The position numbers and the translations under genes were made by a program. DNA of 64,000 bases from Nocardioidaceae bacterium. Its GTDB lineage: Bacteria; Actinomycetota; Actinomycetes; Propionibacteriales; Nocardioidaceae. Numbering within the stretch: the stretch's first letter is position 1; each line of letters begins with the position of its first letter. The notes beneath the pieces were generated by a model. It had not been told where the DNA came from, did not search any database, and was given only the letters and a program-made list of their open reading frames with translations. Below are positions 36,601 to 44,655 of this stretch, piece after piece. The stretch spans positions 11,536-75,535 of the forward strand of contig DATGYO010000083.1 in assembly GCA_035297905.1 (NCBI GenBank), read 5' to 3'.

Positions 36601-38400
36601 ATGTACTTCGTCGGCGTCGACCTCGCGTGGGGTCAGGAGAAGCCCAGCGGTGTGGCGGTCGTCGATGACGACGGCCGACTGCTCCACGTGTCGGCACAAC
36701 GCAGCGACGAAGAGATCATCGGCTCGCTGAAGCCCTTCGTGAACTCCGAATGCCTTGTCGCGATCGACGCCCCGCTGGTCGTGGAGAACGCCACCGGCAA
36801 CCGGGACTGCGAGGCGGCGCTCAACCGCGACTTCGCACGTTTCGACGCCGGTGCGCATCCTTCCAACACAGGCAGACCCGAGTTCGCCGTAGGACCGCGG
36901 GGTGCCCGGCTGGCCGACACACTCGGCCTGGACATGGATCCCTCGTCGCGGTCCCGTCGGCGCGCCATCGAGGTCTACCCGCATCCCGCGACCATCGCGC
37001 TGTTCGGTCTCGGACGGACGCTGAAGTACAAGCACAAGCCCGGCCGACGGCTGTCGCAGCTCCAGTCGGAGCTGCTTCGCCTCATGGCGCTGCTCGAAGG
37101 ACTGAAGGACTTCCCGGTCCCGTTGTACGTCGACGTCCACGAGGAGTGGAAGGCTCTCACGCGCCAGGTCGAGTCCGCAGCACGCAAGAGCGACCTACGT
37201 CGAGCCGAGGACCAGGTCGACGCGGTGGTGTGCGCCTACGTCGCGATGTTCGCCGAGCGTCGGCCCGACCTCACCACGACCTACGGCGACTTCCGCTCGG
37301 GGTACATCGTCACGCCGACCCTTCCCCCTGGGCACCAACCGTCACCACGGCTGCGGCGGGCTGCCGATGAGCCCGCCGAAGCCACGGTGGACGAGGATCC
37401 CGTCCGCCGGGCAGTGCGGATGTACGCCGAGATCCAGCCCGAGCTCCGCGAGGTGACGAGCCGGATGGTCGGCCTGGTCACCACGCTCCTCGACGACGCC
37501 GGCATCAACTACCTGAGTGTCACCGGACGAGCGAAGAGCGTCGCGTCCTTCGCGGCCAAGGCCGAGCGGAGCCTGGACGGCCGCCCCCTCTACACGGATC
37601 CCATGGAGGAGATCACCGATCAGGTCGGCCTCCGTGTGATCACCTACCTGCACAGCGACGTCGCGGCCGTCGCGGACCTGCTGGGCGACCAGTTCAAGGT
37701 TCTCGACGACCGGGACATGGGTCAGGAGACCGCGAGGCAGGGACGGTTCGGCTATGCGAGCAGACATCTCCTGGTTGCCCCCGATGCGACGCGGAGCACG
37801 CCTGCGGCGTACGAGGCGCTCGGTGAGCGATGTGCCCAGGTCCAGGTACGCACCGTCCTCCAGCACGCGTGGGCCGAGTTCGAGCACGCGATCCGCTACA
37901 AGGGGACGATCCCCGAGGAGCACGTGCCGGACCTCGACCGGCGGTTCACCCTCGCCGCGGGACTCCTCGAGCTCGCCGACCGCGAGTTCTCGTTGATCCG
38001 CGACCGGTTGCAGGCCACCGTCACGGACCAGCGGCTCGAGGAGGACGTCAGTGACCCGCGGATCAGTCCCCAGGAGCTTGCCGCGTTCCTCGCCGGCAAG
38101 TACGCCGACGCCGGCTGGTCGCGACCTGACCACTACGCATGGGTCTCGGGGTTGCTCCTGGAGCTGGGCGTGACCTCGCTCGACGAGCTCGCCGGCCTCC
38201 TCACCTCCGTGGACGGCGAGATGATCAACGCCCGGATGGCCTACCGGTACCCACCCGGTGCAGTCCGCCGGCTCGACGACGCGCTGCTGGCGATCTTCGG
38301 TGCTCGCTACCTGGAGCTCGACGGGAACTCACACCGCGAGGCTCTGTTGCGGACCCGCCTCGAGAAGCTGCGTATGCCGACCCAGCACCCTGAGCGGTGA
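36601..38400 (+). CDS. DUF429 (RNase H-fold) / RelA-SpoT synthetase-type nucleotidyltransferase fusion protein
   Basis: Continuous 599-codon frame from ATG 36601. The N-terminal half ('MYFVGVDLAWG', 'VAIDAPLVVENATGNRDCE', 'IEVYPHPA') is DUF429-like. The C-terminal half carries 'GRAKSVASFAAK', 'DQVGLRVITY', 'GYASRHLLV' and 'VQVRTVLQHAWAEFEHAIRYK'. Confidence 0.75.
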   Translation: MYFVGVDLAWGQEKPSGVAVVDDDGRLLHVSAQRSDEEIIGSLKPFVNSECLVAIDAPLVVENATGNRDCEAALNRDFARFDAGAHPSNTGRPEFAVGPRGARLADTLGLDMDPSSRSRRRAIEVYPHPATIALFGLGRTLKYKHKPGRRLSQLQSELLRLMALLEGLKDFPVPLYVDVHEEWKALTRQVESAARKSDLRRAEDQVDAVVCAYVAMFAERRPDLTTTYGDFRSGYIVTPTLPPGHQPSPRLRRAADEPAEATVDEDPVRRAVRMYAEIQPELREVTSRMVGLVTTLLDDAGINYLSVTGRAKSVASFAAKAERSLDGRPLYTDPMEEITDQVGLRVITYLHSDVAAVADLLGDQFKVLDDRDMGQETARQGRFGYASRHLLVAPDATRSTPAAYEALGERCAQVQVRTVLQHAWAEFEHAIRYKGTIPEEHVPDLDRRFTLAAGLLELADREFSLIRDRLQATVTDQRLEEDVSDPRISPQELAAFLAGKYADAGWSRPDHYAWVSGLLLELGVTSLDELAGLLTSVDGEMINARMAYRYPPGAVRRLDDALLAIFGARYLELDGNSHREALLRTRLEKLRMPTQHPER

Positions 38401-38428
38401 ACACCGCAGTCACACGGCGCTGACAGTC

Positions 38429-39751
38429 TCACCGGCCGAGCCTCTGGTGAAGGTCGTCGACGGAGGCCTCTATACCGACCGCCAGCTCGTCGATGTCGGG
38501 GACGAGCTGTGGGTCTGCGCACAGACCGACGAACAGCGAACCCTCCAGCGAGATCGCGGCGACCCGCAGGCCGTGATGGGGGGCGACCTCGGCGAGCGAG
38601 TAGAGAGCCTCCACGCGGCGCCCGGCAACGCTGATCGGACCGGCGGGACCGGGGACGTTCGACACGTTCAGCGAGTACTCATGAGGTCCCTGGACGATGT
38701 GCTGGAGAGCGCGGCGCATGGGAGCGGGGGCGTGCACCAGGGACTGTCGCAACGCGTAGATCGCCCTTGCGTCGTGCCGGTTCTTCCGTAGCCGGGTCGC
38801 CTTAGCCACCCCTCGGACCCGGGCGACCGGGTCCGGCTCCGAGAGCGGCAGACTCACGAAGAGGAAGGAGTCCTGGTTGCCGTTCTTGTCAGCGGATGCG
38901 AGCTGCGGGTGCATGCTGACCGGCACCTGCACCTTCATCGGTGTGATCGGCAGCCGCCGGTTCCTCAACCAGGTGCGCAACGCGCCGGCCACGACGGACA
39001 GCAGCACGTCGTTGACCGTGACCTGTGGCCCCACCGCCTTCCCGAGTGCGCGCAGCTCGTCGAGGTCGCAGCGGGCGAACGCGACCGCACGGTCGGATCC
39101 GACCGCTCCGGCCAGCGGCGACAGGTCGCGGACACGTCGGAACTCGCGGAGTAAGAGTCCGCGGTAGCCGGCGAGCCTCAGAAGCCGCATCCCGGCAGCG
39201 ACCTGCGCCCGGGAGCCAGGTGGTGCGCTGCGATTCAAGGGAATCACTCGCGCCTGGGGGACCTCGTCCATCCAGAGCACCTGGGAGCCCACGCGCATGG
39301 TCGTCATGCCGTCGGCGAGGCAGTGATGGACCTTCCAGACCAGTGCGGAACGACCGTCCGCCAGCCGCGGGATGACGTCGAGCGTCCACAAGGGTCGGGC
39401 GCGGTCGAGCGGTGTGCCCATCATGTCGGCCACGATCCGACGCAGCTCCTGGTCATCGACCGGACGGGCTGAGGCCTGGCGGGTCTGCACGTGCCGTGCG
39501 ATGTCGAACTCCGGGTCGTCCTGCCAAGCCAGCCCCGACGGTGTCCCCGAGGCAGGGACCAGTCGCTGCCGCCACCGCCGCTCTGCCGTCAGCCGACGGC
39601 TCATGTCGGCTCGGAGCTCGTCCACGGGAAGCGCCTCTGGAGCTCCCTCGAGCACGAGAACCTTCAGAGTGTGGCCACGGATGGGGCCGGACTCGAGCGC
39701 CAGGATCCGCGCGTCCTCGACACTCATCGGTGTCGCTGTCTGGCTGGACAA
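38429..39751 (-). CDS. Wax ester synthase/diacylglycerol acyltransferase (WS/DGAT)
   Basis: Catalytic 'HHCLADGMT' (HHxxxDG). 440 aa. Confidence 0.9.
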   Translation of the reverse strand: MSSQTATPMSVEDARILALESGPIRGHTLKVLVLEGAPEALPVDELRADMSRRLTAERRWRQRLVPASGTPSGLAWQDDPEFDIARHVQTRQASARPVDDQELRRIVADMMGTPLDRARPLWTLDVIPRLADGRSALVWKVHHCLADGMTTMRVGSQVLWMDEVPQARVIPLNRSAPPGSRAQVAAGMRLLRLAGYRGLLLREFRRVRDLSPLAGAVGSDRAVAFARCDLDELRALGKAVGPQVTVNDVLLSVVAGALRTWLRNRRLPITPMKVQVPVSMHPQLASADKNGNQDSFLFVSLPLSEPDPVARVRGVAKATRLRKNRHDARAIYALRQSLVHAPAPMRRALQHIVQGPHEYSLNVSNVPGPAGPISVAGRRVEALYSLAEVAPHHGLRVAAISLEGSLFVGLCADPQLVPDIDELAVGIEASVDDLHQRLGR

Positions 39752-39798
39752 TCCTGTCCCCTTCCTTGCCTCCGAAGCCGGGCCGCCGACCCGGAAGT

Positions 39799-41046
39799 TC
39801 AGGCTTTCTGACGCCGACGCCGGGAGGGCCTCTGGTACGCCGCGCGGGCGGTGTCGCGCAGCCGGCTCACCCGCAGAGCCCCACTTCGAGCACCGGCCGC
39901 GCTCTCCCAGTGTCGTCGCTGGCGAGCTCGCTCCTCGAGGTCGAGATCGCGCAGGATCCTGCTCACGGCTGCCAGAAGCGTCCCGCTCAACATCCAGTGG
40001 TCCTGGTTCTTCCCGGCGTCGACGATGAGGAGCTCGGTGAGGACAGCACGCGTTTCGTGCAATGCGTCCAGGGCTTCGGCGAGTGCGTCATCGCTCGCGG
40101 CACCGCCCTTGCCGGCATCGGCGCGCACCAGGGCGCCGTACGCTCGGATGCCCCTGGCCAGGTCCTCGAGCAGTACGCCGATCGCGCCGTACAGCTCGGG
40201 GCTGTACTCGAGGGCTTCGTGTTCCTCGTGCAGGCCGTCGGCGATCGCCCGGAACAGCGCGCGGACCGACACGACACTGCGCTCGAGCGCGTCGAGTCCA
40301 CTGCGAAGGATGGGCTCCGTGTCGACTCCCCGGATCGCGCGGGGGTTGAGGCGACGGCTGTCCCGCAGATCAACGACTGCCCGATCGGCAGCGTCGATGT
40401 AGCGGGACAGGCCCCTCACGTCGTGCAGCCAGCCGAGTGCCTGTTCCTCGGATGGCTTGTGGGGTAGCTCGTGGGCCGCTCTGGTCAGCAGCTCAGCGGT
40501 GTGAACCGCGACCTCCTCGACTGCCTGCCCAGCACTGTGCGTTCGGACTGCGGGCGGGAAGACGAGGTTGGTCAGTACGCCGATACCGGCCCCCACCAGC
40601 GTCTCGGCGATCCGGGCGGTCGCGGCGCTGGAGGCAGCAGGCACCCCGAGGATCAGCATGGCGCTGATGGGTACCTCGAGAAGCTGCTCGCCCAGCCGCA
40701 GCATCTGACCGATGACGAGCGACGCCGCGACGACCACTCCGAGGCTCCACCATGTGAGGCCGACGACGTCAGACAAGAACACCGCCACCAGCACGCCCGA
40801 TACGACGCTCGCTACGCGGAGAACGCCCATCCTCAACGTCGAGAACAAGGTCGCCTGGACGACGAGCAACGCGGTTAGCGGCCCGGTCAACGGCTGGGTG
40901 TCAGGGAACAGCGCGTGAGCGACCAGATAGGCCACGACAGCAGCCGCGGTGAGTCGCACGGTGCGAACGACCACCACAGGTCCCCGACGCCCCCACCACC
41001 GGGCGAGGTTCTCAACGCCTGGAAGAGTGCGTCCGTCTATCGCCAC
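39799..41046 (-). CDS. FUSC/aromatic acid exporter family membrane protein
   Basis: The N-terminal half has about 5-6 TM helices. The C-terminal half is a soluble helical region. The family call comes from overall architecture only. Confidence 0.6.
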   Translation of the reverse strand: MAIDGRTLPGVENLARWWGRRGPVVVVRTVRLTAAAVVAYLVAHALFPDTQPLTGPLTALLVVQATLFSTLRMGVLRVASVVSGVLVAVFLSDVVGLTWWSLGVVVAASLVIGQMLRLGEQLLEVPISAMLILGVPAASSAATARIAETLVGAGIGVLTNLVFPPAVRTHSAGQAVEEVAVHTAELLTRAAHELPHKPSEEQALGWLHDVRGLSRYIDAADRAVVDLRDSRRLNPRAIRGVDTEPILRSGLDALERSVVSVRALFRAIADGLHEEHEALEYSPELYGAIGVLLEDLARGIRAYGALVRADAGKGGAASDDALAEALDALHETRAVLTELLIVDAGKNQDHWMLSGTLLAAVSRILRDLDLEERARQRRHWESAAGARSGALRVSRLRDTARAAYQRPSRRRRQKA

Positions 41047-41093
41047 CGGTCAAGCATGCATCCCCTGAGGCCGCGATGGTCCTTTGCTGAGGT

Positions 41094-41129
41094 AAGGGGC
41101 CCTCTCCCCAACCGGGGAGAGGGCCCCTT
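41094..41129 (-). terminator. Perfect 16-bp hairpin downstream of the Asp/Arg-rich secreted protein gene
   Basis: AAGGGGCCCTCTCCCC-aacc-GGGGAGAGGGCCCCTT. Lies 74 nt after the stop at 41203 on the minus strand. Confidence 0.65.
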
Positions 41130-41202
41130 GACTGCGGCTGCGCTCACAGCACCAGAACGCAGCTGTGTCGATACAGATTCGATACAGGCCGCTCGATGAG
41201 TG

Positions 41203-41832
41203 TCAGCCGATCTCGACCGTATCCGACGTGGAACCCTTGATCTGGTCCCGGACGCCCGAGTAGTCGGCGCGCACCTTCACCTCGTCGTGGTGCCTGACCT
41301 TGATCTTGACTGTGACGTCGGCTTCACCGTGCTTGTCGACGTCCTCGGTTGCGAAGGTCTTCCAGTCATGCCTGCGGGTGTCCCAGTACTGGAAGTCCAC
41401 CTCGCCGAGGTCACGGTCGCTCTTGCTGTAGCCGTCCCTGGAGTTGTTGTCCCCGTACCTGGAGTTGTCGTTGCTCCGGTTGCGGTCATCCCTCCGGTCT
41501 CGGTCGTCGGACTTCTTCTGGAAGAAGTCGACATCAGCGCTGAGCTTGACGGTCTTCCAGTCCGACTTCTGGTAGCTGCTGCGATCATCCCTGCGGTTTC
41601 GGTCATCACTGCGGTTTCGGTCATCGCCGCGGCTTCGCTCATCGGCTTCCAGCGTCGTCGTCGACTTGCACTCCTTGTCGTGCCGAGACTCGAGACAGGT
41701 CTTGCCGTCGACTTCCTTGCCGGAGTCGGAGCGGGTGTGATCGGCGACTGCCGGTCCGGCGGCGATCAGACTGCCGCCTAGGAGGCCTAACGAAGCCAGG
41801 CCGAGGGCTGCATTGTGCGCCGTACGGGACAT
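41203..41832 (-). CDS. Secreted Asp/Arg-rich repeat protein
   Basis: Start moved to 'MSRTAHNAALGLASLGLLGGSLIAAGPAVA' (signal peptide). Low-complexity 'DDRNRSDDRNRRDDR' and 'DDRDRRDDRNRS' blocks. An 18-nt tandem DNA repeat spans 41591-41626. The C-terminus is rich in beta-strand-like sequence. Confidence 0.6.
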   Translation of the reverse strand: MSRTAHNAALGLASLGLLGGSLIAAGPAVADHTRSDSGKEVDGKTCLESRHDKECKSTTTLEADERSRGDDRNRSDDRNRRDDRSSYQKSDWKTVKLSADVDFFQKKSDDRDRRDDRNRSNDNSRYGDNNSRDGYSKSDRDLGEVDFQYWDTRRHDWKTFATEDVDKHGEADVTVKIKVRHHDEVKVRADYSGVRDQIKGSTSDTVEIG

Positions 41833-42107
41833 GGCGCTTTCCCTGCTCTCTTCCCCCGTTGTAGGTGCGGACCGTGCTCGACGGGTCCGAGGCCCTGCGC
41901 GGCAGGGGCACCTTTTGGGGCGTCTCTCTGACGCCGCGCCCACTGGCCATGGCGGTCTACGCCGGAGATCGGCCCTGTGGTTGTTCCTCCTCCAGCCTGC
42001 GCCCGTTCCTTTGAAAACCCAATCATCAGACTGGGGGAACCGAGATCGAGGCCTATCGACACCGCGTCCTGGTTGCTCGCCGGTGGAGCGATAAGGGGTT
42101 CGTCCGG

Positions 42108-42488
42108 CTACGGGTTTCGCTTCGCCACGATCGTCGGGCTGGTGGCGGCCTTGCAGCCCGGGACATGGCGAACGCGGGCGAAGAACTTGCCCTCTGTGCC
42201 GGTGTTCCCGGTGGACCACGCGTACACGCCGCCCTGCAGCGAGGCGGTGTCGCTGGCGAACCTGACGTCGTCCCCGCCGCCGCGCGCGCCCTTCTGCTTG
42301 ATGACAATCACCTCGCGGTTCTTCGCGCAGAGCTTCGGCTTCGAGCTCTTCACCAGCCCGGAGAGGTCGGTGCCCTCTGCCTTGATCGTGACGGTGGTGC
42401 TCGCGTCCGTTGCCGCGTCGGCGCCGGCGACAAGGCCTGCCGTGACGGTGACTGCGAGGACCGGCACTGCCAGAAGCTTCCCTCTCAT
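42108..42488 (-). CDS. Small secreted protein (126 aa)
   Basis: Start at 'MRGKLLAVPVLAVTVTAGLVAGADA' with a GAGAGAGG SD upstream. Two Cys residues and a beta-sandwich-like alternating pattern. Confidence 0.6.
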   Translation of the reverse strand: MRGKLLAVPVLAVTVTAGLVAGADAATDASTTVTIKAEGTDLSGLVKSSKPKLCAKNREVIVIKQKGARGGGDDVRFASDTASLQGGVYAWSTGNTGTEGKFFARVRHVPGCKAATSPTIVAKRNP

Positions 42489-42794
42489 GACACACCTCTC
42501 TCGACGTGGTCCCGTTGCCGCGACGGTAGGACTCGTTGTACTTCGGTCGGCACCCCCCATTAGGACCAGACCGTCGCGGGGCCCCGGACAAACGTGGAGA
42601 CAACTGGCATGCGCCGTCGAGGAACGCCGGACCGAGCCTTCATCTGGCTAGACCGACTCCACCGCAGGGCAGCGGGAGGACTATGGGAACTCACCCGGAG
42701 TACCGATTGACCCGGCTCGCTGCCGGGGCGAGCGTTGGCAGGACGGTGAACATCGTCGCGCTCACTACGGGGCGCGAAAGCTCGAGGGGGCACG

Positions 42795-43970
42795 ATGTTG
42801 CTCACGGCACGCCGGCTGTTCGACGGCCGTACCCCCCGGGTATTCGAGGACTGGGTTGTCGAAGTCGAAGATGGCCGGATCCTTCACGTGGGCCCTCGGC
42901 CCGCGTCGTTCTCCGGGACACACCTGACGGACCTCGGCGACGTGACGCTGTTGCCCGGGCTCGTCGACGCCCACGTACATCTGGCCTTCGACGCCTCGGA
43001 CGACCCGGTCGGCCATCTCCAAGCCGACGACGACGCGACGTTGTTGCTCCGGATGCGACTTGCCGCGCAGCGAGCTCTCGCTGCCGGCATCACCACCATC
43101 CGCGACCTCGGTGATCGCAGCTACCTGTCGCTGACGCTTCGAGACTGGTTCCGCGACGGACAGGAGGTCGGTCCTCGGATCGTGAGCTCCGGCCCTCCCA
43201 TCACAGTCACTGGCGGACACTGCTGGTTCCTGGGCGGAGAGGCCGACGGCCAAGACGGTGTCCGCCAGGCGGTCCTCGAACGCGTGGCTCACGGCGTCGA
43301 TGTCATCAAGGTCATGGCAACGGGCGGGAACATGACGCCGACGTTCGGACCGCATGAGTCCCAGTACACCTGCGCCGAGCTCACCGCCGCAGCCGAGGAA
43401 GCACACGCGAACGGCCTCGAGCTCGCCGTGCACGCTCACGGGGCCCAGGGCATCGCCGACGCGATGGCCGCGGGAGCGGACTCGATCGAGCACTGCACGT
43501 TCTTCACCGCAGACGGAGTCGATGCCGACCCCGATCTTCTCGAAGAGCTCGCTCGCGGCAACGCGACGATCTCCATGACGGCTGCCTTCCTGCCGGGCAG
43601 CGAGGCGCCGTACCCGGCGATGCGCCAGCGGCTCGACGCGATCCGAGCCAACTTCGGCATCCTCTTCCGATCGGGCGCACGAATCGTCTGCAGCAGCGAT
43701 GCCGGTGTCGGTCCCAACAAGCCTCACGACGTGCTCCCTTACGGCGTAGCCGCCTTCCTGCCTTCGATCGGTATGAGCAATGCCGAGGCTCTCACCGCCA
43801 CCACGGCTGTCGCCGCTGAGCTGTGCGGAGTCGCGGACACCGCCGGCACGCTCGAGCCGGGAAAGGATGCCGATATCATTGCCGTCTCCGGTAACCCACT
43901 TGCAGACCTCAGCGCCATCCACGACGTCGTGGCGGTGTTCGCCAAAGGTCGGGCTACCGTCGAGACGTGA
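42795..43970 (+). CDS. Amidohydrolase family metallo-hydrolase
   Basis: 'LLPGLVDAHVHL' HxH metal motif. Later 'AVHAHG' and 'CSSDAG' are typical of the amidohydrolase superfamily. Confidence 0.85.
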   Translation: MLLTARRLFDGRTPRVFEDWVVEVEDGRILHVGPRPASFSGTHLTDLGDVTLLPGLVDAHVHLAFDASDDPVGHLQADDDATLLLRMRLAAQRALAAGITTIRDLGDRSYLSLTLRDWFRDGQEVGPRIVSSGPPITVTGGHCWFLGGEADGQDGVRQAVLERVAHGVDVIKVMATGGNMTPTFGPHESQYTCAELTAAAEEAHANGLELAVHAHGAQGIADAMAAGADSIEHCTFFTADGVDADPDLLEELARGNATISMTAAFLPGSEAPYPAMRQRLDAIRANFGILFRSGARIVCSSDAGVGPNKPHDVLPYGVAAFLPSIGMSNAEALTATTAVAAELCGVADTAGTLEPGKDADIIAVSGNPLADLSAIHDVVAVFAKGRATVET

Positions 43971-44140
43971 ACCGCAGGAAGGCCTATTTCCTGATGATGG
44001 GCGTCTGCCTCGGGCTCATCCTTCTGGCCTGGAACGTGGTCCGGTTCTTCTCCGTGCCGCTCGCGGTCGGCATGAGTATCGTCGCGGCGCTCATCCCACC
44101 CGCGGCGGCGATAGTCGCCAACTGGAGCAGAGACGGTTGA
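43967..44140 (+). CDS. DUF3099-like small membrane protein (57 aa), absent from the ORF track
   Basis: VNRRKAYFLMMGVCLGLILLAWNVVRFFSVPLAVGMSIVAALIPPAAAIVANWSRDG, with two TM helices. Its GTG overlaps the amidohydrolase TGA (GTGA). An internal ATG start is possible. Confidence 0.55.
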   Translation: MNRRKAYFLMMGVCLGLILLAWNVVRFFSVPLAVGMSIVAALIPPAAAIVANWSRDG

Positions 44141-44185
44141 TGCGCGCCGGTACCTTTTGCGCGAGGTACGGCCGACCTTTCCCGC

Positions 44186-44596
44186 TCAGGGCGAGGCGAT
44201 CCGGATGGGCAAGCCGGCGCGTTCGAGCTCGAACTCGATCCGTAGGCGTTCCGACTCCCGCTCGATTCCCTCAGGCAGCGAGGCGAGAGAGGTCGGCACG
44301 TCCACCGCACGACAGGCGTCGAGCAAGAGGTCGTCGTAGGCCGCCACCACGCCTCGATGCTTCGCGTGCGTCGTCCCCTCGCGGGGCCGCCGCGCCTCGG
44401 GTTCCAGCCGGCGCAGGTCTCGCACGAGCCGCTCGAGCGGTGGCCCCATCGGCGCGGGCGGGGGCGGCGGAACGAGGTGCAGGCGGCGACCGACCTGGAC
44501 CGCTCGGACAGCGATCTGGCGTGCGTAGAGAACGCCGCCAACGATGATCGATGCGAGCGCTGTACAGCCGAGGATTCGAAGGAGACCTCCGACCAT
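44186..44596 (-). CDS. Hypothetical N-terminally anchored protein
   Basis: 136 aa with high GC3. One N-terminal TM helix followed by a Pro-rich linker. No family recognised. Confidence 0.55.
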   Translation of the reverse strand: MVGGLLRILGCTALASIIVGGVLYARQIAVRAVQVGRRLHLVPPPPPAPMGPPLERLVRDLRRLEPEARRPREGTTHAKHRGVVAAYDDLLLDACRAVDVPTSLASLPEGIERESERLRIEFELERAGLPIRIASP

Positions 44597-44655
44597 GCCT
44601 CGACGCTACGTCGAGGCGGCCGGACGGCACAACACGTGATGTCCGGGGGAACCAG

